Below are positions 8,484-20,618 of a stretch of 64,000 nucleotides of DNA, in pieces (the first letter of the stretch is position 1; every line of letters starts with the position of its first letter). The DNA is from Candidatus Zhuqueibacterota bacterium (GTDB lineage: Bacteria; Zhuqueibacterota; Zhuqueibacteria; Thermofontimicrobiales; Thermofontimicrobiaceae). The notes under the pieces are model-generated. The model did not search any database. It was not told where the DNA came from and worked only from the letters and a program-made list of their open reading frames with translations. The DNA lies in the NCBI GenBank assembly GCA_049322915.1, contig JBMOPW010000014.1, positions 573,527-637,526 on the forward strand, in the 5' to 3' direction. A program made the translations under genes and the position numbers.

Positions 8484-9029
8484 ATGGATATTTTTACAAA
8501 AAACAGACTTACCATAATCACCATTATTTTGCTGGTCATTTTCAACCTGATTACGCTGGCCATTATTTGGAGTGAAAAAATTCGCCCATCGGGGAGACCA
8601 CTTGCGCAGCATCCGATTGAGCAGCGTATCAGGACAGTCATGTTCCTGAAAAATGAACTGGGGCTGAAGCCGGACCAGGTTCGGGAATATCGCACGCTTC
8701 GCTCGCAGTACCGGGAGCGGATGAGAACAAACAGCGAAGAGATCAGGATGTTAAAAAAGGAATTGCTCAACCAGTTATTTCAGGATAAAATAGACAGCCT
8801 GGAGGTGGAGCGAATCATCGGTCGCATTGGTGATAAGCAGGAGCATATCGAGCGACTCACATTGGGCCATTTCCATCAGTTGAAAAAATTATGCGGCAAT
8901 GACCAGCAGCAGAAGCTGCATCGACTGCTGGGTGAATTGTTTCGTCCGCCGGATCGTCCGCCTGAAATCGACGAGGACATGCCCCGGCCGCAACATCCCG
9001 ATGTTCGGCCCCCTCGGGAGGAATACTGA
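8484..9029 (+). CDS. Periplasmic heavy-metal sensor / Spy-CpxP-like protein
   Basis: N-terminal TM/signal, helical region ELGLKPDQ...QQQKL; typical ECF/anti-sigma context. Confidence 0.7.
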   Translation: MDIFTKNRLTIITIILLVIFNLITLAIIWSEKIRPSGRPLAQHPIEQRIRTVMFLKNELGLKPDQVREYRTLRSQYRERMRTNSEEIRMLKKELLNQLFQDKIDSLEVERIIGRIGDKQEHIERLTLGHFHQLKKLCGNDQQQKLHRLLGELFRPPDRPPEIDEDMPRPQHPDVRPPREEY

Positions 9030-9261
9030 CAGATAAATATAGAAATTTTTGGGCGAACGCCCTGACGATTTAGGATTAACTCTCCTCTCCGCCATACATG
9101 GCGGAGTTATTCATTAACTTTGACTGGCTCCGTTCTTTGGAACGGAGATTTTCATAATTCACCTGGAGTTATTAGGCTTTAGCCCGGATGATACATCAAT
9201 TTTTTTTGCTGGTCATTCCTATTATTAACAAATCACAGGAGTCATCGAATAAATTGGAGCA

Positions 9262-10125
9262 ATGTCCATGAAAAAACAAATGCTGATAGGTTGCATCCTC
9301 TGGGGGCTGTCCAGCCTGTTAGGATGTCGCGAAACTAAACTGGAGAACCAGTGGGTGGCGGAGGAAGTGATCGTTGATGGAAAAGACGATGAATGGAAAG
9401 GAGGCTCGCTCACGTACGCCGAAGCGATGAATTTGGCGCTGGGGACGGCGAACGATGCGCATCATCTGTACGTGATGTTTCGATTGAATGATCCCGATAT
9501 GGCGCGGAAAATACAGATGATGGGAGTGACGGTCTGGCTGGATGCGGAAGGAGGCAAGGAAAAAACGTACGGCATGGTCTACCGCGGCAGTGTCGAGATG
9601 CAGCGTGATCTGGCGCCAAAAGACCAGTTCGATGCCAGGGAAGAAAATGCCGGCACAGGAAGAAGGAGACCCATGATGGAGCGATTCGGCGCGGACTTGC
9701 CGGAGTTTGGAAAGATTCGCATGATTGAAAGAAGCGACAAAAGGGATTTGTCAGCCAATAACCCGGACGGCCCGGCCGCCGGATCCGCGTTGAGCAATGG
9801 ATATTATACATTCGAGTTTCGGCTGCCGCTTCCTGTCTCGGTGACAGGCGATGATAAAATGAATTTGTGCCTGGAATTGGGCGGAATGAGCAATGAAGAA
9901 AAGGCTAAAATGAGAGAAGCAATGCCTGGCGGCGGAAGAGAAGATGGGCCGCCGGAAGGTGGTCGACCCGGTGGCGGAATGGGCGGCCGGCCCGGCGGAA
10001 TGGACGGTGGTCAGGGAGGCATGCGAGGCGGCGGCCGACCCGGGGGCATGACGCAACCAGGCCAGGGACTGGAAAAACAGGAATTGTGGTTTGCGATTCA
10101 ACTCGCTGCTCAAAGTAAGGAGTAG
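9262..10125 (+). CDS. Hypothetical lipoprotein with Gly-rich low-complexity tail
   Basis: Lipobox LLGC; GGRPGG repeats. Confidence 0.75.
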   Translation: MSMKKQMLIGCILWGLSSLLGCRETKLENQWVAEEVIVDGKDDEWKGGSLTYAEAMNLALGTANDAHHLYVMFRLNDPDMARKIQMMGVTVWLDAEGGKEKTYGMVYRGSVEMQRDLAPKDQFDAREENAGTGRRRPMMERFGADLPEFGKIRMIERSDKRDLSANNPDGPAAGSALSNGYYTFEFRLPLPVSVTGDDKMNLCLELGGMSNEEKAKMREAMPGGGREDGPPEGGRPGGGMGGRPGGMDGGQGGMRGGGRPGGMTQPGQGLEKQELWFAIQLAAQSKE

Positions 10126-10366
10126 CATTTCGATGCGATCAATTTACTCTCCTGCGCGATTACACAGGGCTAATCCCTGCGGTGGAATGAATGGAGATTC
10201 GCGATGATGTCATTGAATTTGGCTGACAAAGGTTTTGTCGCGCATGGAATGGCTGTGCCGGAAGGCGAACATATACCGACAATAGAATAAATCACCTTCG
10301 AGAGAAAATAGCCGGGGAGAAAGGAAAGCCGGCAGGACAGGATTTTTCAGTTTTTAATTTCAGAAG

Positions 10367-10400
10367 AGCCCCTGAGGACGTGAGCGCCAAAGGGGCTTTT
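10367..10400. terminator. Putative intrinsic terminator between convergent genes
   Basis: agcccct...aggggct + tttt. Confidence 0.5.
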
Positions 10401-10411
10401 GTATTATTGAA

Positions 10412-12004
10412 TTACTGAGTCGCTTTCAATGACTCAAATTTTATAAAGCCTTCCGGATTTTGCGCCTTCCCGTCCTGCCTGATTTCGAAATGAAGATGCG
10501 GGCCGGTCGATTTTCCGGTTTTGCCGACGCGGCCGATCAACTCACCGGCTGCCACATGACGCCCCATGTCAACCAGCACTTCGTCCAGATGTGAATAAAA
10601 CGTTTCGAACCCATTTTCATGCTGAATGATGATGTATTTTCCGTTGCCACTGGCTTCGTTCTTGTCATCCGAAATGGCGCGAGTCACTGTGCCCGAGGCA
10701 GCGGCTGTGACTTCGGTACCGATTGGAGCCGCCACATCGACGCCATTGTGGAACGCTTCCTTTTTCGTGAACGGGTTGATCCATTTCCCATACGGAGCCG
10801 TGAGTTTGCCCACCTGTATTGGAAGGATGAAAGGCGGATTTTCTTTCTGGACAGGCGTAGCAGATTGTCCTGCCGCTATTGCGCCATCCGGGAGAATTTC
10901 AGGATTCTGTATGAACGCACCGGCCATAGGCAGCAGAAAAATCCCGACCAGAATAAATGTGCTGTATAAAAGTAACGATTGGTATTTTCCCATAAACGAG
11001 TCTCCTCTTAAATTGTTAATCCGGTAAACTAATTTTTTCCGTTGGCTGCCAAATCCCGGCAGCACCTTTATCTCTTCAGCGCTAAAAAGATTCAATTTTA
11101 AAATGGCCATAATCCCGTTGCCATAATGTGAGCGGGAAATTTTCTTCTTCGCCAGAACCCGGCTGTCGCAATCGCATTCGCGGGACAGGCTGATTTGGCT
11201 ATTGAGGAACCAGACCATTGGATTAAAAAAATAAGCGATTTGCAAAAGGCTGAACAGCCTCATCCACAAATTATCCCACCGCTGGATGTGAGCCATTTCG
11301 TGGGCGATAATTGGTTCGACTAAAAAATAATTCCGCGATTCAATGGCCTTTTTCGGGATGAAAATGACCGGGCTCCAAATGCCTGATGTAAAAGGCGACA
11401 AATAGTGTTCGGAACAAACCAGTTTGACTTTTCGCCGGATGCCGAAAAGGGTGCTCCATTTATCAACTAATTCTAAAATACCGGCGCTTCGAACCGGGAA
11501 CGACTGTCTCACAGTGGTTTGAAAACTCTGGAGTTTTCTGAGGTAGATGATCAGCAAAACCATAGCCCCGAAACACCAGGCCAGAAACAGGAGGGCTAAA
11601 AGCGCATTGTGTTTTGAAATCTCCAAAGAAGGGATTACAGTCGACGCATTCGAAGCAATGTCGCCTTCGTCTCTGTTACCATTCCACAAGTCGCCGGAAT
11701 AATCGATTCCCTGTTTATCGTCCTGTCCGAAAAAGTCGAACCAGTGAACCAGCCGCTCAAAAACCGGCATGTGGCCTAGCAAATTCCACGAGCTGAGCGG
11801 GTGCGACAGGTTCGGCGGCAGGATGAGGCGGATTAAAATTAAAAGCCACAATGCATATCGCCAGCGCGGTGATTGAATTTTGAAGATTTTAATCAGCATC
11901 CAGACTAGGAAAAAGACAATGCCGGCGTAAATCGAGTTTTGCCAGAAAAATGGAATGACCGCTTTCCCGGTTTGAATGAAGTGGTGTATAATTTCGATGA
12001 TCAT
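10412..12004 (-). CDS. BlaR1/MecR1-like M56 metallopeptidase fused to M23 peptidase
   Basis: M56 HEMAH..RWD and RECDCD; M23 HNGVD, YSHL, STGPHLHFEIR. Confidence 0.92.
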   Translation of the reverse strand: MIIEIIHHFIQTGKAVIPFFWQNSIYAGIVFFLVWMLIKIFKIQSPRWRYALWLLILIRLILPPNLSHPLSSWNLLGHMPVFERLVHWFDFFGQDDKQGIDYSGDLWNGNRDEGDIASNASTVIPSLEISKHNALLALLFLAWCFGAMVLLIIYLRKLQSFQTTVRQSFPVRSAGILELVDKWSTLFGIRRKVKLVCSEHYLSPFTSGIWSPVIFIPKKAIESRNYFLVEPIIAHEMAHIQRWDNLWMRLFSLLQIAYFFNPMVWFLNSQISLSRECDCDSRVLAKKKISRSHYGNGIMAILKLNLFSAEEIKVLPGFGSQRKKLVYRINNLRGDSFMGKYQSLLLYSTFILVGIFLLPMAGAFIQNPEILPDGAIAAGQSATPVQKENPPFILPIQVGKLTAPYGKWINPFTKKEAFHNGVDVAAPIGTEVTAAASGTVTRAISDDKNEASGNGKYIIIQHENGFETFYSHLDEVLVDMGRHVAAGELIGRVGKTGKSTGPHLHFEIRQDGKAQNPEGFIKFESLKATQ

Positions 12005-12396
12005 TTTTTTCCTTCGTCAGCGTTCTGCAAAACCAGGGCGTGCAACTCTTCGATTTCTTCGGGTGTAAGGGCTTTGCTTCTGGCAAACAGCGAAACGACC
12101 GAGCCGACGTCCATTTCCAGCACACGGTCGGCAAAAAACTGAACCATGCGCGCCAACCCTGCCGGACGGGAGATGAGCGGCGTGTATAAAAATACCCCAT
12201 GAAAATTCTCGCGGGCCAGAAGGTTCTTTGCGACCAATCGGTCCATCATTGTTTTTGTGGTGGTATAGGCCCAGTCGTAGGTAGCTGAGAGGTGTTGATG
12301 CACTTCACGGACACTGAGCCGTCCCGATTTCCAGAGCACGCGCAGAATATCGTATTCGGCGCGCGATAAATCGATCAGGGTGTTGGAGGATTCCAT
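12001..12396 (-). CDS. BlaI/MecI/CopY family repressor
   Basis: LSRAEYDILRVLW, WAYTTTKTMMDRL; overlaps M56 gene by 4 nt. Confidence 0.93.
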   Translation of the reverse strand: MESSNTLIDLSRAEYDILRVLWKSGRLSVREVHQHLSATYDWAYTTTKTMMDRLVAKNLLARENFHGVFLYTPLISRPAGLARMVQFFADRVLEMDVGSVVSLFARSKALTPEEIEELHALVLQNADEGKK

Positions 12397-12432
12397 GCGT
12401 TATTCCGTTATACTGTTAATGGATAATTGAAT

Positions 12433-12447
12433 TACTACAATGTAGTA
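12433..12447. promoter_or_regulatory. Putative BlaI-type operator palindrome
   Basis: TACTACA-a-TGTAGTA perfect inverted repeat between promoter and repressor start. Confidence 0.7.
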
Positions 12448-12456
12448 GTGCTGTGT

Positions 12457-12485
12457 AATATAAATAACGCTGTGGAAAAAGTCAA
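12457..12485 (-). promoter_or_regulatory. sigma70 promoter of repressor-M56 operon
   Basis: TTGACT-N17-TATATT on minus strand. Confidence 0.65.
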
Positions 12486-12750
12486 GAGGTTTTTTGAAAA
12501 AATGTTGTTGAAAAAAATGGGAAATGAGAAGGTACGGGATGCTATTTCAGTCCTGACGTTTTGAACGATTAAAGACCGCGCGCCAGCCTCCTCGTTCCAT
12601 TTGGTGCTATTGGAACGAGGAGAGGTTGAGAACGAGATGCAACCAAAGCTGTTCAGGCCCGGTGCGCACAACCCAGCGAAATTCACGTCGCCATGGAATC
12701 GATCGTGCGCGTGGGGTGAGGCTATCGCTGCGCGAGACTAACAATCTCCA

Positions 12751-14505
12751 TCATTGAATCCTGAAAGAGTAGGGCATCATGGGCCAGATGAATACGCGCT
12801 GTTTGTTCAAAAATGACTGCACTGCGCTGCCGAGGTTGCCCTGGTTCAGGCCGCTTTGAACCAGCCCAAACGGATCGGATAGCAGCCTATCGATGAGGCT
12901 TTTTTGCGTTTCATAAACGACGACTTTGATGCTCGCGCTGGTGTCGATCTGAGCCTTTTCCCGGGCGATTTCGATGGCCCTGTCCAATCCGCCAAGTTCA
13001 TCGATCAATCCGAATTGCTTCGCTTGAGTCCCCATCCACGAGCGGCCCTGGGTGTACGGCTCCAGTTCTTCATAGGCTTTGCCGCGGGACGCTGCCGCTT
13101 TGGAGACAAATTCATGATAGGTGCTTTGAATGTAGTCCCGATACAGTTCTTTTTCATGCGAGGACATTTTTTTGGTGAACAGCATCATGTCCGCATATTG
13201 CCCACGCTTGACATTCTCTTCGACGAGTCCCAGTTTATCGTACAATCCGCTCAGATCCGGGAAAATTCCCCAGATACCAATGGACCCGGTGAGCGTGGTC
13301 GGCTGGGCGACAATGGCAGTGGCGCCCATGGAAATCCAGTAACCACCGGAGGCGGCGTAATCGGACATGGAGACAATGACCGGTTTGATTTTTTTCGCCT
13401 CGAGAATTTCCCGCCAGACCAGGTCGCAGCCCAGGCCGCTGCCGCCGGGGGAGTCGACCCGGAAAATGATCGCTTTAACCGATTTGCTCTTTGCCGCGCG
13501 GCGAATGGCCTGAATGATGGGAGTAGTGCCGGCGGATTGTTCCATGGACAGCAGGCTAACCGTGTCATCTCCTTCCTGAACAATGCCCTGCGAATAGATT
13601 AAAGCGATGCGGTCTTTGCCCTTATTGAGCCCTAATGATTCCATGGTGATGTCGGAATAGGTCTCCGAGGTGATCTGGTTGAGTTGTCGATGAAGTCCTT
13701 CGTGATTCAGTTGTTTCAATCGCTCGAATAGCTGGTCTTCGTACAAAATGCCGGTAAGCCAACCCAGCTCTCTGAATTTCTCGGCGCGAATGTACCCTTT
13801 ATCGATCACTGCGGTGACTTCGGATGGGGAGATATTCCATCGCGTTGCAATGCCGTTCACCAGGGTGTTGTATTCCTGATCCAGAAGATCGTTCAACATC
13901 TCCAGCACCGGCTCGGTGTGTTTCTTGCGACCGTAGGTCTCCCCTGAATGGGACTTGTATTTCCCAAAAGCGAAATACTCCAGTGAAATGCCGAGTTTTT
14001 CAAACAGCCCCGGCAAATGTACTGTTTCAATCACCAGACCATTCATTTCCAAAAATCCGCCGGGCACAGCAAAGACGCTGTCTGCTGCCAGCGCGGTGTA
14101 ATACTCCTTTTCGGACACATACGAACCCAGATAGGCGATGACATATTTTCCCGAGGACTTGAAATCGATGAGCTTTTGTCGGATCTCTTCGACCTTGGCC
14201 CAACCCATGAGGTTAGCGTTGATTTTCAAAAGGATCCCTTTGATGCGGCGATCAGCTTTGGCTTTTTCGATGTTGTCCAGAATATCCTTCATGTTTGTAG
14301 CCTTGCTGATATGCAACGGAAAGTCCGATGCGGCAGTGTGCTCCGGAATGGCGCCGGCCAGCGTGATGACCAGAGTGGAATTACCTTCGACGACGGGTTC
14401 GGTATCAGATAGGCCGCGTACAATGAGAAACAGGCCCAAAAAAGATAGTATCGCCAGGACGAGCAGTGTCAGCAAGACATACAAAATGACGTGAATGGGT
14501 TTCAT
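12751..14505 (-). CDS. sppA: Signal peptide peptidase SppA (67K type)
   Basis: Two S49 domains; RVDSPGG, AASGGYW, TLTGSIG. Confidence 0.93.
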   Translation of the reverse strand: MKPIHVILYVLLTLLVLAILSFLGLFLIVRGLSDTEPVVEGNSTLVITLAGAIPEHTAASDFPLHISKATNMKDILDNIEKAKADRRIKGILLKINANLMGWAKVEEIRQKLIDFKSSGKYVIAYLGSYVSEKEYYTALAADSVFAVPGGFLEMNGLVIETVHLPGLFEKLGISLEYFAFGKYKSHSGETYGRKKHTEPVLEMLNDLLDQEYNTLVNGIATRWNISPSEVTAVIDKGYIRAEKFRELGWLTGILYEDQLFERLKQLNHEGLHRQLNQITSETYSDITMESLGLNKGKDRIALIYSQGIVQEGDDTVSLLSMEQSAGTTPIIQAIRRAAKSKSVKAIIFRVDSPGGSGLGCDLVWREILEAKKIKPVIVSMSDYAASGGYWISMGATAIVAQPTTLTGSIGIWGIFPDLSGLYDKLGLVEENVKRGQYADMMLFTKKMSSHEKELYRDYIQSTYHEFVSKAAASRGKAYEELEPYTQGRSWMGTQAKQFGLIDELGGLDRAIEIAREKAQIDTSASIKVVVYETQKSLIDRLLSDPFGLVQSGLNQGNLGSAVQSFLNKQRVFIWPMMPYSFRIQ

Positions 14506-14724
14506 TCGGTCCTCCGAATTTTGATCAACTTGAAAAGTGAAATTTCAATTTTCTTCGAAATGTATGGAGATGCAAGATTGTCGTTTGGTTCTACGGTTCG
14601 AAGTGCAATGAGTTCAGTTGAATTTAACGAACATGTTTATTCTTTTCTTTGTAACATGATGGCGCGAATGAGGCCGACGCGACTTTGAATCTACGTGAGC
14701 CATGGTAATGGCGCTTCATTCGAT

Positions 14725-15969
14725 TTATGGATAGATCAAATACTTTGAACGAATTGCATTGAATTCCTCAATCTGCCGCACCCAGTCCGCCATGATCTCT
14801 TCTGCCGATTTTCCTGCGGTTGCCATGGCCCGAACCTGGTTCGTTCCAAAAGCTTTATCGAACATGTCAATCCTGTTTTCTGTGAAGATGTTCATCTGGG
14901 GATGCAATTTTTGGATCGATGTCAGAATATGGATCTGGGCAATGGCCGGGTCGAATTTCTTTGCATCCATGATGTGAATCTGAACGCCCTGGCAGAGTTG
15001 GTCTTTATAGTGCAAATAGTATGGCTTGAAAAATGTCGGTCGAAAATAAACGCCAGGTAATTTTCGCGCATTCAATTCATGGGCCAGGGCGTCGGCGTTC
15101 ATCCACGGCGCGCCGATCAATTCGAATGGCGACGTGTAGCCCACACCGACAGAAAGGGTGTTCAATTCGCCGATGCACCCGGTGGCGACGACAAACTCGG
15201 CCGTCCCGGCATGGGGCACGTGCGGAGACGTGGGAATCCACACCAGCCCTGTCTCGTCGTATTTCATGGCGCGGCGCCAGCCTTCCATGGGGACAACTTC
15301 GAGATCGCAGTTGATTTTGAATTCTTCATTGAAGAGTTGAGCCAACTCGCCCACGGTCATGCCATAGACATAGGGAATGGGATACAGTCCGATGAATGAA
15401 CTGAATTCCGGATCGAGTACATTGCCGGCAACCCGATCGCCGCCCAAAGGATTTGGCCTGTCCAGAACGATGAATTTGATACCAAATTTTTTGGCTTCTT
15501 CCATGGCATAGGCCATGGTGTAAATGTACGTGTATGCGCGCGAGCCAATATCCTGAATATCATAGATTAACACCTCGATGTCACGGAGCATGTCCGGTGT
15601 GGGCCGGCGCGTTTTGCCGTACAGACTGAATACAGTAATCCCGGTCTTCGCGTCCGTATAGGTCGATACGGTTTTCCCGGCTTCGACATCACCGCGGACA
15701 CCGTGCTCAGGACCGAACAGGGCAATTAGCTCGACGCCAGGTAAATGACTCAGAACATCAACGGTGGACATAAGCTGACTGCTCACCCCGGTCGCGTTGG
15801 TGATGAGGCCAATCTTTTTTCCGGTCACCAGGTTCAGCTTTTTTTCAACCAGTACGTCAATGCCAGGTTTCACGATCGGCGTATTTTGCAACAATGGCGC
15901 CTGGCCCAGAAGTCCTGTCAGCGGAGCGAGGATAAGCCCCCAGAGAATAGTCCGTAATGTTTCTTTCAA
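14725..15969 (-). CDS. namZ: Exo-beta-N-acetylmuramidase NamZ (DUF1343)
   Basis: LFGPEHGVRG, YDIQDIGSRAYTY, VLDRPNPLGG, GMTVGELA. Confidence 0.88.
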   Translation of the reverse strand: MKETLRTILWGLILAPLTGLLGQAPLLQNTPIVKPGIDVLVEKKLNLVTGKKIGLITNATGVSSQLMSTVDVLSHLPGVELIALFGPEHGVRGDVEAGKTVSTYTDAKTGITVFSLYGKTRRPTPDMLRDIEVLIYDIQDIGSRAYTYIYTMAYAMEEAKKFGIKFIVLDRPNPLGGDRVAGNVLDPEFSSFIGLYPIPYVYGMTVGELAQLFNEEFKINCDLEVVPMEGWRRAMKYDETGLVWIPTSPHVPHAGTAEFVVATGCIGELNTLSVGVGYTSPFELIGAPWMNADALAHELNARKLPGVYFRPTFFKPYYLHYKDQLCQGVQIHIMDAKKFDPAIAQIHILTSIQKLHPQMNIFTENRIDMFDKAFGTNQVRAMATAGKSAEEIMADWVRQIEEFNAIRSKYLIYP

Positions 15970-16033
15970 TGTACACCTCTTTCGGCTGTTGTTTTGTGAT
16001 TCTGTACCTTCAGACAGCGCGGTTTAAAATACA

Positions 16034-16058
16034 AAAACACGGCCGGAGACCGTGTTTT
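16034..16058 (-). terminator. Terminator of atp operon
   Basis: aaaacacgg...ccgtgtttt hairpin with U-tract on minus strand. Confidence 0.6.
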
Positions 16059-16139
16059 AAATTTCGAAATACATTTTAGTTAACTGGAGCAACTCACAAC
16101 CGAAATCAGAATCAGCGTCAGAGATATAAGACGTGCACC

Positions 16140-16556
16140 TCATGATTGATGCACTTTCCGGGAAATTTTGAGACGGTTCTTGGCGCGGAACCATGCGTCT
16201 TTGGCTCGCTCCAGATCTGTTCCCGGCACGCGTTCGGCCAGGCGTCGCTCCGCGCGTTCTTTGGAAAAGATGGCGCGGGATTCATCAATCTCTGTGGCAG
16301 ATTCGGCGGTTTCCACCAACACGGTCGTTTTGTGGGGCAATACTTCCACTGTGCCACCGCTGGTCGCAAAGAACTTTCGCTCGTTGTCAATGTCAACTTC
16401 AATTTCACCAATCCTGAGAGTGGTGATGAACGGAGCGTGCCCGGCCTTGACGCCAAAATAGCCATCGATACCAGGCATGTGAGTGTGCGTCACTTTTTCA
16501 TGGTAGACGATTTTGAACGGCGTGATTATTTCAAAGTCAAAGTATTTATCTCTCAT
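16140..16556 (-). CDS. atpC: ATP synthase F1 epsilon
   Basis: EIITP, GYFGVKAGHAP; operon position. Confidence 0.95.
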   Translation of the reverse strand: MRDKYFDFEIITPFKIVYHEKVTHTHMPGIDGYFGVKAGHAPFITTLRIGEIEVDIDNERKFFATSGGTVEVLPHKTTVLVETAESATEIDESRAIFSKERAERRLAERVPGTDLERAKDAWFRAKNRLKISRKVHQS

Positions 16557-16565
16557 AGCGGGCTA

Positions 16566-17966
<1,401 letters not shown>

Positions 17967-17999
17967 TTAAACTAAAATTCCTGATTTCAATATGTTTAA

Positions 18000-18860
18000 T
18001 TAACCCTTCAACGCCTCGCTGCCGCTCACAATTTCCAGAATTTCTGTCGTGATGCTTTCCTGGCGAATTCGGTTGTATTGCATCGTCAATTCATTGATGA
18101 GCTTTTCGGCGTTCTCTGTGGCATACTCCATCGCTGTCATCCGTGCGCCCATTTCAGCGGCGTACGATTCCAGCAGCACGCGCCAGATTTGAACATTCAA
18201 ATTTTTGGGACAGAGGTCGTTCAAAATGGTGACGGCGTCCGGTTCGAAGATATAATCCGCCAAATACTTCTTGTCTTCCGGTAAAATGGGAACAATGGGC
18301 AGCACCTGCTCCACAATCACCTGCTGCTGCGCTGCGGATTTGAATTCATTATAAACAAGAAAGATGCGATCCAGCTTTTGCTGGATGTACAGGTTTTGCA
18401 GCAGGGCGGAAATATCCACAGCCTCGGAAAAATCCAGATGCTTGAAGAATGCCACGTACTCTCCGATGACCGAATAGCTTCTTTTTACGAAGTAATCGCG
18501 GCCTTTTCTGCCGATGAGAACCAACTCGATCGCTGCATCACCTTGTTGAACCATTTCCCGTTCCGCACGCCGGATGATGTTTTGATTAAAGGACCCGCAT
18601 AACCCCTGATCGCCGGTGACGACGACAAAACAGATCCGTTTCGGTTCGCGCACTGCCAGGAGCGGATGCAGGTCATGATCGATTTTGCTGGCGATGTGCC
18701 CCATAATTTCTTTCAAATGCTGGGCATAGGGGCGAGCCTGCAAAATATTCTGCTGAGCGCGCCTCAATTTTACAGCAGAAACCATTTTCAGTGCACGGGT
18801 TATCTGCTGCGTCTTTTTCACGCCGGTGATGCGATTTTTTATATCTCGGAGTGTGGCCAT
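18000..18860 (-). CDS. atpG: ATP synthase F1 gamma
   Basis: QITRALKMVS, GLCGSFN, RQESITTEILEIVSG. Confidence 0.97.
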   Translation of the reverse strand: MATLRDIKNRITGVKKTQQITRALKMVSAVKLRRAQQNILQARPYAQHLKEIMGHIASKIDHDLHPLLAVREPKRICFVVVTGDQGLCGSFNQNIIRRAEREMVQQGDAAIELVLIGRKGRDYFVKRSYSVIGEYVAFFKHLDFSEAVDISALLQNLYIQQKLDRIFLVYNEFKSAAQQQVIVEQVLPIVPILPEDKKYLADYIFEPDAVTILNDLCPKNLNVQIWRVLLESYAAEMGARMTAMEYATENAEKLINELTMQYNRIRQESITTEILEIVSGSEALKG

Positions 18861-19103
18861 AGAGATTAATTTTTATTGTAAACTGATTTCAACGTGATTA
18901 ATGAACCAACCCGTCTTTCTATTCGAAAAGAGGATTGGGCAAAACGCCTGATAGCCGTTCTGTGACATGGGAATACAGTCAAATTGTAAATGGAGTATTT
19001 GTAATCCTCAGACTGCTGTGCTATACTCGCCATGGAGCGGATTACCGACATTGATTCTCCGCAGACAGATCGGATGGAATAGCGTTCATCATCAAATTAC
19101 ATG

Positions 19104-20612
19104 TTAAACCGTAATTCCGCTCATGAAATCCTGACAGGCCGATGCCAATGCCGATTGCACTTTTTCATCCAGCTTCTTCTGGCTGGCGATATCGCTGAGG
19201 ATGCTGGCGTATTTGCTGTCCATAAACTGGTAGAATTCCTGCTCGATGCGTTGTATTTGACCGACAGGGACTGCATCCAGAAAGCCCTGGGTTCCCAGGA
19301 AAATGACAGCAATCTGTTTTTCAACGGGCAGCGTCTGGTTCTGACCTTGCTTCAGAATCTCGACCATTTTCTGACCGCGAATCAGTTGCGTCTGGGTTGT
19401 TTTGTCCAGTTCAGAACTGAATTTAGCGAAGCTTTCCAGTTCGCGGTATTGAGCCAGATCAAGCCGCAATTTTCCTGCGACCTGCTTCATGGCTTTGATC
19501 TGGGCATTGCCGCCAACGCGGGATACGGACAGACCGACATTCACTGCCGGGCGAATACCGCCGTAAAACAGATCCGGTTCCAGATAAATCTGACCGTCTG
19601 TAATCGAAATGACATTGGTCGGAATATAGGCTGAAAAGTCGCCAGCCTGGGTTTCAACGATGGGCAGCGCGGTGAGTGACCCGCCGCCGAGGCTGTCGCT
19701 GAGTTTTGCAGCCCGCTCCAGCAGGCGTGAATGGAGATAGAAAATATCGCCGGGATAGGCTTCTCGTCCCGGTGGCCGGCGCAGCAGCAAGGATACCTGA
19801 CGATAGGCCCAGGCATGTTTGGACAGGTCGTCGTAGACAACCAGACTGTGCATGCTGTTATCGCGGAAGTATTCGCCCATGGCCGCGCCGCTGTATGGCG
19901 CAATGTACAGCATGGGAGCCGGATCATTGGCTGAGGACATGACGACCGTGGTGTATTCCATGGCGCCATGTTCCTCGAATGTCCTCACGACTTTGGCAAT
20001 CGTCGATCCTTTTTGGCCAATGGCCACGTAGATACAAAACACTCCCTGACCCTTCTGATTCAGGATGGTATCGATGGCGATGGTGCTCTTCCCAATCTGG
20101 CGGTCGCCAATGATGAGTTCTCGTTGACCGCGGCCGATGGGGATCATGGAATCGATCGCCTTCAATCCTGTCTGAAGCGGCTCTTTCACCGGCTGGCGAT
20201 AGACAACGCCCAGCGCTTTTCGTTCGATGGGCAGAAAGTAGTTCGTATTGATGGGGCCTTTCCCGTCCAGTGGCTGACCCAGTGGATTGACAACGCGTCC
20301 CACCAGAGCTTCCCCGACCGGCACCTGCATCACCTTGCCGGTGCGCTTGACGCGATCTCCTTCTTTGAGATATTTCTCACTGCCGAACAGGATGCAGCCG
20401 ACATTGTCCTCTTCCAGGTTGAGCGCCATTCCGAAGACGTTGTGGGGAAATTCCACCAATTCGTTGGCCATGACATTTTCAAGCCCGTAGACGCGGGCAA
20501 TACCATCGCCAACCTGAATGATTTCGCCCACTTCTTCGAAATCGGTTGTCAATTCGTATTGTTCAATCTGCCGTTTTAAAATTGTTGATATTTCGTTCGC
20601 CTTGACTTCCAT
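19104..20612 (-). CDS. atpA: ATP synthase F1 alpha
   Basis: [33 protein letters not shown]. Confidence 0.98.
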   Translation of the reverse strand: MEVKANEISTILKRQIEQYELTTDFEEVGEIIQVGDGIARVYGLENVMANELVEFPHNVFGMALNLEEDNVGCILFGSEKYLKEGDRVKRTGKVMQVPVGEALVGRVVNPLGQPLDGKGPINTNYFLPIERKALGVVYRQPVKEPLQTGLKAIDSMIPIGRGQRELIIGDRQIGKSTIAIDTILNQKGQGVFCIYVAIGQKGSTIAKVVRTFEEHGAMEYTTVVMSSANDPAPMLYIAPYSGAAMGEYFRDNSMHSLVVYDDLSKHAWAYRQVSLLLRRPPGREAYPGDIFYLHSRLLERAAKLSDSLGGGSLTALPIVETQAGDFSAYIPTNVISITDGQIYLEPDLFYGGIRPAVNVGLSVSRVGGNAQIKAMKQVAGKLRLDLAQYRELESFAKFSSELDKTTQTQLIRGQKMVEILKQGQNQTLPVEKQIAVIFLGTQGFLDAVPVGQIQRIEQEFYQFMDSKYASILSDIASQKKLDEKVQSALASACQDFMSGITV

Positions 20613-20618
20613 AGTTTT

